NCBI GenBank assembly: GCA_038206105.1
Contig: JBBRBF010000013.1
Coordinates: 4,930-68,929, forward strand
Reading direction: 5' to 3'
Length of the DNA stretch: 64,000 nucleotides
Origin: Actinomycetales bacterium
GTDB taxonomy: Bacteria; Actinomycetota; Actinomycetes; Actinomycetales; JBBRBF01
Shown: positions 1 through 8,974 of the stretch, piece by piece
Layout of the letters: every line of letters begins with the position of its first letter
Numbering within the stretch: position 1 is the first letter of the stretch
Translations under genes and position numbers: made by a program
Notes under the pieces: model-generated
What the model saw: the letters and a program-made list of their open reading frames with translations, nothing else
Told to the model about the DNA's origin: nothing
Database searches by the model: none

Positions 1-222
1 GTGCTCGCGCTCGGCCACGCCCGTCTCGATCACGGCCAGCGAGCTCGTGGGGACCGCGCCGCCGTGCACCCGGTGCACGAGGCCGTGGCGCTCCAGTGCG
101 GCGAGGTCGCGCCGGACGGTCTCGGTGGTGACGCCGAAGCTCACCGCGAGGTCGGCCACCGACGCGCGGCCGTGGTGACCGATCCGGGTGGCGATCGCCT
201 GCTGCCGCTCCTCCGCGTACAC
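1..222 (-). CDS. DeoR/GlpR-family transcriptional regulator (FruR-like), N-terminal part; runs off the window edge
   Basis: Not in the ORF track. Manual minus-strand translation from GTG at 222 gives MYAEERQQAIATRIGHHGRASVADLAVSFGVTTETVRRDLAALERHGLVHRVHGGA, a classic DeoR HTH. RBS GGGAGG upstream; divergent from ptsI. Confidence 0.9.
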   Translation of the reverse strand, partial: MYAEERQQAIATRIGHHGRASVADLAVSFGVTTETVRRDLAALERHGLVHRVHGGAVPTSSLAVIETGVAEREH

Positions 223-266
223 CGTCCCACCTCCCGTTTCTGTGGCTTTACTTGTTGTGATGCTTT

Positions 267-314
267 GTTTTACGCCTGGATCCCTTGACATGTCAAGCCC
301 GTTCACCGTTAAAT
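267..314. promoter_or_regulatory. Divergent promoter region with perfect 14-bp palindrome CTTGACATGTCAAG (284-297)
   Basis: AT-rich island. The palindrome carries TTGACA on both strands, with TAAAAC 18 bp downstream on the minus strand and TTAAAT 18 bp downstream on the plus strand. Confidence 0.6.
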
Positions 315-348
315 GTTCGTGACAGCGACGCATCCCCGAGGAGGACAC

Positions 349-2037
349 GTGAGCGCGACCACCGACCAGGTCCCGACCCAGGGCACCGTCTTCAGGGGGA
401 CTCCTGTCGTCCCCGGCATCGGCGTCGGGCCGGCGGTGCGTCCGTCCCCGCGCCCCGAGGTGCCCGCCGAGGGACCCGAGGTGGCGCCCGGGGACCGGGA
501 CGCCGAGAAGGGCCGGTTCACCGCGGCCGCCAACACCGTCGCCGACCGGCTCACCGCCCGGGCAGCGGGCGCGACCGGTGCGTCCGCCGAGGTGCTCACG
601 GCGACCGCCGGCCTGGCCCGCGACCGCGGTCTGCTGGCCGCCGTCGAGCAGCGGATCGGCTCCGGCACGCCCGCCCCGCAGGCCGTCGCCGGCGCCGCCG
701 AGCAGTTCGCGGCGCTGTTCACCCAGCTCGGCGGCGTGATGGCCGAGCGGGTCACCGACCTGTACGACCTGCGCGACCGCATCGCGGCCGAGGTGCAGGG
801 GCTGCCCGAGCCCGGCGTCCCCCGCCCGGACGTGCCGTCGGTCCTCGTCGCGGACGACCTCGCCCCGGCCGACACCGCCGGCCTCGACCCGGCGCTGGTA
901 GTGGCGCTCGCTACCAGGCTGGGCGGGCCCACGAGCCACACCGCGATCATCGCGCGCCAGCTCGGCATCCCCTGCGTCGTCGCCGTGAGCGGCCTCGACG
1001 CGGTCGCCGCCGGCACCCTCGTGCTCGTCGACGGCGCCGGCGGCCAGGTCGTCACCGACCCCGACCCGGACGTCGCCGGCGAGCTCGCGCGCGCCTCTGC
1101 CGCCGAGCGGGAGGCCGTGGCCCACTGGCGCGGCCCCGGCCGTACCGCGGACGGCCACGAGGTCGCCGTGCTGGCGAACGTGCAGGACGGCGCGGGTGCC
1201 CGCAAGGCCGCGCAGGGCCCGGCCGAGGGGGTCGGCCTGTTCCGCACCGAGCTGTGCTTCCTCGACCGCGACGTCGAGCCGACCGTCGACGAGCAGGCCG
1301 ACATCTACGCGGAGGTGCTCACCGCTTTCGCGGGCAAGAAGGTCGTGCTGCGCACCCTGGACGCCGGGTCCGACAAGCCGCTCGGCTTCGTGGGGATGCC
1401 CGACGAGGCGAACCCTGCCCTGGGGGTCCGCGGCCTGCGGATCGCGCTCGACGCGCCCGGGATCCTGGACCGGCAGCTGGACGCGGTCGCGCTGGCCGCC
1501 GAGCGCACCGGCGAGAAGCCGTGGGTGATGGCGCCGATGGTGGCGACCCCGGCCGAGGCAGAGTTCTTCGCCGTCCGGGTCCGCGAGCGTGGCCTGGTGC
1601 CCGGGGTGATGGTCGAGGTGCCCTCGGCCGCGCTGCGGGCCGCGGCGCTGCTGCGCCACGTCGACTTCCTCTCGCTCGGGACGAACGACCTGACCCAGTA
1701 CGCGATGGCCGCGGACCGGCTCTCGGCCGACCTCGCGGCGCTGTCGGACCCCTGGCAGCCCGCCGTGCTCGACCTCGTGGCGGCCACCGCCGCCGCGGGC
1801 AAGGCGGCCGGCAAGCCGGTCGGGGTCTGCGGCGAGGCAGCGGCCGACCCGCTGCTCGCGTGCGTGCTGACCGGCCTCGGCGTGACGTCGCTGTCGGCCG
1901 CGGCCGCCGCGGTGCCGGGGGTGGGCGCCAAGCTCGGCCAGGTCACCCGCGAGGCGTGCGAGGCGGCGGCGCGTGCAGTGCAATCCTGCGACGACCCGGC
2001 GTCGTCCCGCGACGCCGCCCGGGAGGTCCTTGCCTGA
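349..2037 (+). CDS. ptsI: PTS enzyme I, phosphoenolpyruvate-protein phosphotransferase
   Basis: SHTAIIAR phospho-His motif, GLFRTE, RTLDAGSDK, NPALGVRG, GTNDLTQY and GVCGE. GTG start after GGAGGA. Confidence 0.95.
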   Translation: MSATTDQVPTQGTVFRGTPVVPGIGVGPAVRPSPRPEVPAEGPEVAPGDRDAEKGRFTAAANTVADRLTARAAGATGASAEVLTATAGLARDRGLLAAVEQRIGSGTPAPQAVAGAAEQFAALFTQLGGVMAERVTDLYDLRDRIAAEVQGLPEPGVPRPDVPSVLVADDLAPADTAGLDPALVVALATRLGGPTSHTAIIARQLGIPCVVAVSGLDAVAAGTLVLVDGAGGQVVTDPDPDVAGELARASAAEREAVAHWRGPGRTADGHEVAVLANVQDGAGARKAAQGPAEGVGLFRTELCFLDRDVEPTVDEQADIYAEVLTAFAGKKVVLRTLDAGSDKPLGFVGMPDEANPALGVRGLRIALDAPGILDRQLDAVALAAERTGEKPWVMAPMVATPAEAEFFAVRVRERGLVPGVMVEVPSAALRAAALLRHVDFLSLGTNDLTQYAMAADRLSADLAALSDPWQPAVLDLVAATAAAGKAAGKPVGVCGEAAADPLLACVLTGLGVTSLSAAAAAVPGVGAKLGQVTREACEAAARAVQSCDDPASSRDAAREVLA

Positions 2038-2049
2038 CCCGTGACCCCA

Positions 2050-2102
2050 CGGTGATCACGCATCTCAGGTCCCCCGGCTGTACCTGACGTGCATGATCAC
2101 CG
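2050..2102. repeat. GGTGATCATGCAC-family repeat, inverted pair (imperfect hairpin) between convergent ptsI and folD
   Basis: cGGTGATCACGCATCTCAGGT-N11-ACCTGACGTGCATGATCACCg. Confidence 0.85.
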
Positions 2103-2118
2103 CAGGGGACGCGTCGCC

Positions 2119-3015
2119 TTACCCCGACTCTCGCGCCTCGGCGGCGCGCTCTGCGGCGTCGACGACGTTCGCGAGCAGCATCGCCCGGGTCATCGGGCCG
2201 ATCCCGCCGGGCACCGGCGAGAACCAGCCGGCGACCTCGGCGACGGCCGGGTCGACGTCCCCCACGAGCCGAGACCGCCCGGTCGCGGCGTCGTGCTCCC
2301 GGTTGATGCCGACGTCCACGACGACCGCCCCGGGGCGCACCATGTCGGGCGTCACCATCGCCGGGACGCCGGCCGCCGCCACCACCACGTCCGCGGCGCG
2401 GGTATGCGCGGCCAGGTCGCGCGTGCCGGTGTGGCACGACGTCACCGTGGCGTTGACGGCCTTGCGCGTCAGCAGCAGACCCAGGCTGCGTCCCACGATC
2501 ACGCTGCGGCCGATCACGCACACCTCGGCGCCGGCGAGGTCGACACCGTGGCGCGCCAGGATCTCCACGACCCCGTGCGGCGTGCACGGCAGCGGCGTCG
2601 TCATCGGTCCGCAGACGCGGGCCACCAGCTGGCCGAGGTTGCTCGGGTGCAGCCCGTCGGCGTCCTTGGCCGGGTCGACCAGCTCGAGCACGCGCTGGGA
2701 GTCGAGGCCGCGCGGCAGCGGCAGCTGCACGATGAAGCCCGTGCACGCCGGGTCGGCGTCCAGCTCCCGGACGGCCGCCTCGACCTCGTCCTGGGACGCC
2801 GTCGCCGGCAGGTCGACCCGCAGCGACGCGATCCCGACCTCCTCGCAGTCGCGGTGCTTGCCCCGCACGTACGCCTGGCTCCCCGGGTCGTCCCCGACGA
2901 GCACGGTGCCGAGACCGGGCAGGATGCCCCGCTCCCGCAGTGCGTCGACCCGTTGCCTCAGCTCGAACTTGATCGCGGCGGCGGTGGCCGTGCCGTCGAG
3001 GATGCGGGCGGTCAT
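2119..3015 (-). CDS. folD: Bifunctional methylenetetrahydrofolate dehydrogenase/cyclohydrolase
   Basis: [38 protein letters not shown] and [18 protein letters not shown] before ATG 3015. Confidence 0.95.
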   Translation of the reverse strand: MTARILDGTATAAAIKFELRQRVDALRERGILPGLGTVLVGDDPGSQAYVRGKHRDCEEVGIASLRVDLPATASQDEVEAAVRELDADPACTGFIVQLPLPRGLDSQRVLELVDPAKDADGLHPSNLGQLVARVCGPMTTPLPCTPHGVVEILARHGVDLAGAEVCVIGRSVIVGRSLGLLLTRKAVNATVTSCHTGTRDLAAHTRAADVVVAAAGVPAMVTPDMVRPGAVVVDVGINREHDAATGRSRLVGDVDPAVAEVAGWFSPVPGGIGPMTRAMLLANVVDAAERAAEARESG

Positions 3016-3069
3016 CGGGGCGGCTCCTAGGTCGGACTGGGTCGTACACCCATGCGCGTCGGGCGGCGG

Positions 3070-3156
3070 GTACCCGACGTGCATGATCACCGGGGGTGGG
3101 CGTACCCGACGTGCATGATCACCGGGGGGTAGGGGCCCCTGACGTGCATGATCACC
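3070..3156 (-). repeat. Three tandem copies of the GGTGATCATGCAC-family repeat (period 32/33 bp) between glyA and folD
   Basis: gtacccgacgtgcatgatcacc at 3070-3091 and 3102-3123; gcccctgacgtgcatgatcacc at 3135-3156. Confidence 0.9.
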
Positions 3157-3178
3157 ACGAAGGTGGGGCGGGAGCGGG

Positions 3179-4468
3179 TCAGGCCTCCAGGCCGGGGTAC
3201 AGCGGGAACGCGGCGGCGAGCGCCGCCACCCGGCCGCGCAGCGCGGCGAGGTCGGCCTCCGGCTTCAGCGCCGAGGCGATGATGTCGGCGACCTCCCCGA
3301 ACTGCTCGTCACCGAAGCCGCGGGTCGCCAGCGCCGGCGTCCCGATCCGCAGCCCGGAGGTGACCATCGGCGGCCGCGGGTCGAAGGGCACCGCGTTGCG
3401 GTTGACCGTGATCCCGGCCTCGTCGAGCCGGTCCTCGGCCTCCTGGCCGTTGAGCTTCGACTCGCGCAGGTCGACCAGGGTCAGGTGGACGTCGGTGCCG
3501 CCGGTCAGCACCGAGACGCCGTGCTCGGTGACGTCGTCGGCGAGCAGCCGCTCGGCGAGGACCCGTGCCCCGGCCACGGTGCGCTCCTGCCGCTCCCGGA
3601 ACTCCTCCGTCGCCGCGATCTTGAACGCGACCGCCTTGGCAGCGACCGCGTGCATCAGCGGCCCGCCCTGCTGGCCGGGGAACACGGCCGAGTCGATCTT
3701 CTTGGCGTACTCCGGCTTCGCGAGGATCACGCCCGAGCGCGGGCCGGCGAGCGTCTTGTGCACCGTGGAGGTGACGACGTCCGCGTGCGGCACCGGCGAG
3801 GGGTGCAGGCCGGCGGCGACGAGCCCGGCGAAGTGCGCCATGTCGACCATGAGCATGGCCCCGACCTCGTCGGCGATCTGCCGGAACGCCGCGAAGTCGA
3901 GGTGGCGGGAGTAGGCGGACCAGCCGGCGATGATGAGCTTCGGCCGCCGCTCCAGCGCGACCTTGCGGACGGCGTCCATGTCGACGAGGTGGGTCCGCTC
4001 GTCGACGCCGTAGGCGGCGACGTCGTACAGCCGGCCGCTGAAGTTGATCTTCATCCCGTGGGTGAGGTGGCCGCCGTGGGCGAGCTCGAGGCCGAGGATC
4101 GTGTCGCCGGGGCGGATCAGCGCGTGCATCACCGCGGCGTTGGCCTGTGCACCGGAGTGCGGCTGCACGTTGACGTGCAGGTCGGGCACGTCCGCGCCGA
4201 ACAGCGCGCGCGCCCGGTCGCGCGCCAGGTTCTCGGCGACGTCGACGTGCTCGCAGCCGCCGTAGTAGCGCCGGCCGGGGTAGCCCTCGGCGTACTTGTT
4301 GGTCAGCACCGACCCCTGCGCCTGCAGCACCGCCCGCGGCGCGAAGTTCTCGCTGGCGATCATCTCCAGCGTGCCCCGCTGGCGGCCGAGCTCGGCGTCC
4401 AGCACGGCGGCGATCTCGGGGTCGACGTCGGCCAGCGGGCGGTTGGTGACGTCCTCGTGGTGGCTCAC
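3179..4468 (-). CDS. glyA: Serine hydroxymethyltransferase
   Basis: [37 protein letters not shown] (PLP lysine) and GLRIGTPA. Confidence 0.97.
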   Translation of the reverse strand: MSHHEDVTNRPLADVDPEIAAVLDAELGRQRGTLEMIASENFAPRAVLQAQGSVLTNKYAEGYPGRRYYGGCEHVDVAENLARDRARALFGADVPDLHVNVQPHSGAQANAAVMHALIRPGDTILGLELAHGGHLTHGMKINFSGRLYDVAAYGVDERTHLVDMDAVRKVALERRPKLIIAGWSAYSRHLDFAAFRQIADEVGAMLMVDMAHFAGLVAAGLHPSPVPHADVVTSTVHKTLAGPRSGVILAKPEYAKKIDSAVFPGQQGGPLMHAVAAKAVAFKIAATEEFRERQERTVAGARVLAERLLADDVTEHGVSVLTGGTDVHLTLVDLRESKLNGQEAEDRLDEAGITVNRNAVPFDPRPPMVTSGLRIGTPALATRGFGDEQFGEVADIIASALKPEADLAALRGRVAALAAAFPLYPGLEA

Positions 4469-4516
4469 GCGTTCTCTCCTCGGCTCACGGCGGGTGGTCG
4501 TCGGCTCGTGACGCCG

Positions 4517-4596
4517 GGCCCAGGCGGGCGACCCGGCGGCGGAGATCCTGCTCGGCCGCTCCCCGGTGGTGACCCACCCGCGCCAGTCGCGACCGC
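4517..4596 (-). ncRNA. ZMP/ZTP (pfl) riboswitch in the glyA-folD leader
   Basis: Minus strand reads GGUCGCGACUGGCG..GGUGG..CCACCGGGGAGCGGCC...CGCCCGCCUGGGC, matching the pfl consensus. It starts just after a TAGCCT -10 box (4606-4601) and precedes one-carbon/folate genes. Confidence 0.92.
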
Positions 4597-4634
4597 CGCC
4601 AGGCTAGCCGACGTCGCCGGTAGCCTCGCACCCC

Positions 4635-5504
4635 GTGAGCGGGCGGGGGAAGGGTGAGCGCGCGGACCACTGGGTGCTGACGCTGTCGTGCCCGGACCGG
4701 CCCGGCATCGTGCACGCGGTCGCCGGGGTGCTCGCCGGCGCCGACGGCAACATCACCGAGAGCCAGCAGTTCGGCGACCCCGGTACCGGCCGCTTCATGA
4801 TGCGGGTGCAGGTGCGCCTGCCCGCGACGCGCGAGGAGCTGCACGCGGAGTTCGCGTCCGTCGCGCAGCGGTTCGCGATGGACTGGGGCCTGCACGTGCT
4901 CGGTCGGCCGGTCCGCACGCTCGTGCTCGTCAGCCGCGCCGGGCACTGTTTGAACGACCTGCTGTTCCGGTGGCGGTCGGGGCTGCTGCCGGTGGACGTC
5001 GCCGCGATCGTGTCGAACCACGAGGACCTCGCGGGGATGGCCGGGACCTACGACGTGCCGTTCCACCACGTACCGGTCACGCCCGGGACGCGAGCGGCGG
5101 CGGAGCAGCGCCTGCTCGACCTCGTCAGCGACCTCGACGTCGAGCTCGTGGTGCTGGCCCGGTACATGCAGGTGCTCTCCGACCCCGTCTGCACCGCGCT
5201 GGCGGGCCGGGCGATCAACATCCACCACTCTTTCCTGCCCTCGTTCCGCGGTGCGCGCCCCTACGAGCAGGCGTACGAGCGGGGCGTCAAGCTCATCGGC
5301 GCCACGGCGCACTACGTCACCGCGGACCTCGACGAGGGCCCGATCATCGAGCAGGACGTCGAGCGCGTCGACCACGCGATGTCGCCCCGCGAGCTCGTCG
5401 CGATGGGCCGGGACGTCGAGGCCCGGGTGCTCGCGCGGGCGGTGCGCTGGCACGCCGAGCAGCGCGTGCTGCTCGACGGGCACCGCACCGTCGTCTTCCG
5501 GTGA
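4635..5504 (+). CDS. purU: Formyltetrahydrofolate deformylase
   Basis: ACT domain CPDRPGIV, HCLNDLL, LARYMQVLS, INIHHSFLPSF, GATAHYVT and LDEGPIIEQ. TAGCCT -10 at 4621-4626 suggests a leaderless transcript. Confidence 0.96.
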   Translation: MSGRGKGERADHWVLTLSCPDRPGIVHAVAGVLAGADGNITESQQFGDPGTGRFMMRVQVRLPATREELHAEFASVAQRFAMDWGLHVLGRPVRTLVLVSRAGHCLNDLLFRWRSGLLPVDVAAIVSNHEDLAGMAGTYDVPFHHVPVTPGTRAAAEQRLLDLVSDLDVELVVLARYMQVLSDPVCTALAGRAINIHHSFLPSFRGARPYEQAYERGVKLIGATAHYVTADLDEGPIIEQDVERVDHAMSPRELVAMGRDVEARVLARAVRWHAEQRVLLDGHRTVVFR

Positions 5505-5507
5505 GGC

Positions 5508-6222
5508 TCACGGTGGTGCGGGACGCTGCGGGGGTCCGGCCGGGTGGCCCCGGGTCTCGGCGGCGCCCGGGGCGACGAACCCGGTGCGGTAGGCCCACAC
5601 CACCGCCTGCGTGCGGTCCCGGACGCCGAGCTTGCCGAGCACGGCCTTGACGTGGGTCTTGACGGTCTCGGGCGACAGCCACACCCGACCGGCGATCTCG
5701 GCGTTCGAGGGGCCGTCGGCGAGCGCCCGCAGCACGTCCGCCTCCCGGTCGGTGAGGCTCGCGGCCAGCCGGAGCCGCTCGGCGTCCGGCGGCCGGCGGC
5801 CGGCGCTCGGCGTAGGCGGCCAGCAGCCGGCGCGTCACCGCCGGGGCCACCAGCGCGTCCCCGGCGAAGACCGTGCGGATCGCCTCGATCAGCTGCTCCG
5901 GCGTGGCCCGCTTCAGCAGGAAGCCGTCGGCACCGGCGTCCAGCGCGTCGTCGACGACCTCGTCCAGGTCGAACGTGGTCAGCACGAGCACACGGGGTTG
6001 CCGGGACCACGACACGATCTCCCGGGTCGCGCCGACCCCGTCCAGCCTCGGCATCCGGACGTCCATGAGGACGACGTCGGGGCGCAGGTCCCGGGCCCGC
6101 GCGACCGCCTCCCGCCCGTCGGCCGCCTCCCCCACCACGCGGATGTCGGCCTCCGCGTCGAGCAGGGCGCGCAGCCCGCTGCGCACCAGGGCGTCGTCGT
6201 CCGCGAGCAGGACGCCGATCAC
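5508..6222 (-). pseudogene. NarL/LuxR-family response regulator, frameshifted
   Basis: The receiver domain (VLLADDDALVR..LMDVRMP..FLLK) and the HTH (LTDREADVL..SNAEIA..TVKTHV) lie in different frames. The shift is at a 7-bp duplication, 5785-5805. Confidence 0.85.
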
Positions 6223-7267
6223 GCGCCACCCCCGGCCATCACGGGCAGCGCGGCGCGGACGCGGAACCCGCCGTCGACCGGCCCCGCCTCCAGCTCCCCA
6301 CCCTCGAGCCGGGCGCGCTCGGCCATGTTGACCAGCCCGCGCCCCGGCACGGTGTCTTCGACCCGGTCGCACGCGTTGAGGACCTCGAGGCGCACCTGCG
6401 GGCCGCTGCGGACCACCTCGACCCGGATGGGTCCCGGCGACCCGTGGCGGACGGCGTTCGTCAGCGCCTCCTGCACGATCCGGTAGACGGCGCGGGCGCC
6501 GCTCGCAGGCAGGTCGGCCGCGTCGGTGCGCAGCGACACCTGCCGTCCCGTCGCGCGGACCCGGTCCGCGAGCTGCTCCAGGTCGGCCACGGTCGGCGCG
6601 AACGGTTCCTCCAGCGCCTCGCGCCCGTCCGACTGCAGCACGCGCAGCAGCCGGTTGAGCTCGTCGAGCGCGCCGCGCCCGGCGGACTCGATGTGCGTCA
6701 GCGCCTCGCGCGAGTACGCCGGGTTGTCGGCGAAGACGCGTCGCCCGACGCCGGCCTGCAGCACCATCACGTTCACCGTGTGACCCAGCGAGTCGTGCAG
6801 CTCGCGGGCCAGCCGGCCGCGCTCACCGAGCAGCAGCCGCTCCGCCGCCAGCGCCGCCTCGCGGCTCTCCGCCGCTCGGTGAACGTCCGCCGCCGCCGAG
6901 CGGGCCCGTCAGCTGCTGATCTCGCCGGCGACCGTGGCGACGGCGAAGCTCGTCACGATCGACGGCAGCGACCCGACCGGGTCCCCACGGTCGAGCAGCA
7001 GGTACCCGGCGACGGTCACAGCCGTGGTGCTCGCGGCTGCGGACCGCAGCCGTCGGCCGCCGAGGGCGACGCACGTGAAGAGCGCGATCCAGGCCAGTCA
7101 CCCAGCGTCGCGGCGTCCACCGACCGGTAGGGGGCCTCGGTGGGCCAGGCGGCCGCGTAGACCACCGCGAGCACCGCCAGGCCGGCGGCCAGCCACACGT
7201 CGTGCGGCAGGGAGGCGGCAGCAGCGCGTCGCACGGGACGGGCTGCGGCCTGCACCGACGACGACAC
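6219..7267 (-). pseudogene. HisKA_3 membrane sensor histidine kinase, disrupted
   Basis: ARELHDSLGH H-box, QEALTNAVRHG N-box and GRGLVNMAER. In-frame TGA at 6911-6909 (GEISS*RARS) and a frame break near 7097 between TM segments. Confidence 0.8.
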
Positions 7268-7469
7268 GCCCCATCCTGTCGCCGCGCGGCGTCGAAGGCG
7301 ACACCCCGCAGGGGTCGACCCGGTCCCCCGTGCGAGGGAGGTCGCCTCGCCGCGGACCACCCGCGCACGTCGGTCGTCGACCCCTCGCAGGGCTCGTCGA
7401 GCGGCCCCGCGCGGCGGCAGCCTCGGTGGCCTCCCGGTGCACGGCACCGGCCGAGTCCCGGAGGCCCCG

Positions 7470-8213
7470 ATGACCCTGACCGTGTCCCGCCCGCCGCAGC
7501 GGTGCCGTCCCCGGCGGTCCACGGGAGCCGCCTGGTTCCTCGGCCTCACCTGCCTGGCGATCGCCGTCCTGGCACTGGTCCCCTACGCGACGTCGTCGCT
7601 GCAGGAGCTCGGCGCCGACCCGAGCCAGATCGCCGCCACGTACGTGGACCAGCCGCTGCCGGTCCGCGTCGCGCTGTACCTGCACGTCGGCTTCGCGGTG
7701 CTGGCCCTGCTGCTGTCGCCGGTACAGCTGTCGCCAGGGGTCCGGGCACGGGCCCCTCGGCTGCACCGGGTCGTGGGGCGGACGGTGCTCGCCGCGATCG
7801 CCGTCGCCGGCAGCGCCGGGCTGGTGATCGCGCCCTTCACCCGCGCCGGCGTCGCCGGGGCCCTCGGGCTCGCCACCCTCGCGGTGTTGTGGGTGACCTT
7901 CGCCGCCGCCGCGCTGCTCGCGATCCGCCGCCGGGACGTCGCCGCGCACCGGCGCTGGGCGGTCCGAGCGTTCGCGATGACGTACGCCGGCGTCACGCTG
8001 CGGATGTGGCTGCCCACGCTCATCGTGGCGCAGGTGCTGCTGCTCGGCACCGACCCCGAGCTCGCGTTCGACCGCGTCTACCCGGTGGTCGCGTGGCTGG
8101 CGTGGGTCCCCAACCTGCTCGTCGCGGAGCGGTCCCTCGCCGCCGGACGGCGTCGCCCCTCGCTCCGTGCGAGCGGCGCGGACCGGCGTCCCGACGTCGT
8201 TCCCCAGCGGTGA
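7470..8213 (+). CDS. DUF2306-type membrane protein
   Basis: About 6 TM segments with LYLH, PRLHRVVGR, AHRRWAVRAFA and WLAWVPNLLVAE. GGAGG RBS; divergent from the TCS, a common layout. Confidence 0.8.
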   Translation: MTLTVSRPPQRCRPRRSTGAAWFLGLTCLAIAVLALVPYATSSLQELGADPSQIAATYVDQPLPVRVALYLHVGFAVLALLLSPVQLSPGVRARAPRLHRVVGRTVLAAIAVAGSAGLVIAPFTRAGVAGALGLATLAVLWVTFAAAALLAIRRRDVAAHRRWAVRAFAMTYAGVTLRMWLPTLIVAQVLLLGTDPELAFDRVYPVVAWLAWVPNLLVAERSLAAGRRRPSLRASGADRRPDVVPQR

Positions 8214-8261
8214 TCGTGCGACCCGGGCACCTCGGCCCGTACCCGGAGTGCATGATCACCG
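8208..8261. repeat. GGTGATCATGCAC-family repeat, inverted pair between convergent genes
   Basis: cGGTGATCGTGCGACCCGGGCAC-N8-GTACCCGGAGTGCATGATCACCg. The left arm contains the TGA stop of the upstream gene. Confidence 0.85.
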
Positions 8262-8272
8262 AGGGGGTGGGG

Positions 8273-8926
8273 TCAGGCGGGAGCGGGCGCGCCCTGCTCG
8301 AGGGCGACGAGGTCGACGACGCGGCCGGCAGCGTCCCGGAGCCGCTCGCTGAGCGCGTCGGCGCCGGGGCTGAGCACCGTCAGCGGCCCCCAGTCGGCCA
8401 TCCCCGCGAAGATGTTGTCGTTGCTGACGACCACCGCCTGCACCGGGCCGTCGGCGGCCAGGTGGACGGCGTCCGCCGCCGCGAGCAGCACGAAGTCGGC
8501 GAGGTCGCTGCCGTCCGCGACCCCGCGCGCCACGCCGGCGAACTCCGCCAGGTGGGGCCGGGCACGGGCGACAGCAGCCGTCTGACCCGCCATCGCGACG
8601 TGGTCGGCCTCGCGCGCCAGCGCGACGACGGCCGCCATCCGCGCGCGCCACCGGCGGGGCTCCGCGCGCAGGTTGTCCAGGTCGGCGAGCAGCAGCCGGG
8701 TGCCGGCCCCGGTCCGCCACAGCGGGTTCTGCTCGAGCCAGCCGGTCAGGACGTCGTCCAGGCTGGCGGCGTCGTCACCACCGGGGGCAGGTGCCGGCTC
8801 CCCGCCGCCCCGCCGTCCACCGCGCCGCGACCGCTCGGCCGGCTCCGCCGCCCGCGGTGCGGGCAGGTCGGCGAGCCGGAACCACTCGTAGTCGTCCCAC
8901 TCGCTCGGACCGCCACCCAGACCCAC
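8273..8926 (-). CDS. Hypothetical protein with NYN/PIN-like nuclease motifs
   Basis: LLLADLDNL, GSDLADFVLL, VVVSNDNIF and ALSERLRDAA occur in the order typical of NYN/LabA-like PIN folds. Start uncertain. Confidence 0.55.
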   Translation of the reverse strand: MGLGGGPSEWDDYEWFRLADLPAPRAAEPAERSRRGGRRGGGEPAPAPGGDDAASLDDVLTGWLEQNPLWRTGAGTRLLLADLDNLRAEPRRWRARMAAVVALAREADHVAMAGQTAAVARARPHLAEFAGVARGVADGSDLADFVLLAAADAVHLAADGPVQAVVVSNDNIFAGMADWGPLTVLSPGADALSERLRDAAGRVVDLVALEQGAPAPA

Positions 8927-8974
8927 GGCCCGATCATCGCACCCCGGCCGGCGCGACCCCGGCGCTCGACCCGC

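Noticed and set aside
1-288. Plus-strand 95-aa ORF
   Set aside because: It is the antisense shadow of the DeoR gene on the minus strand.
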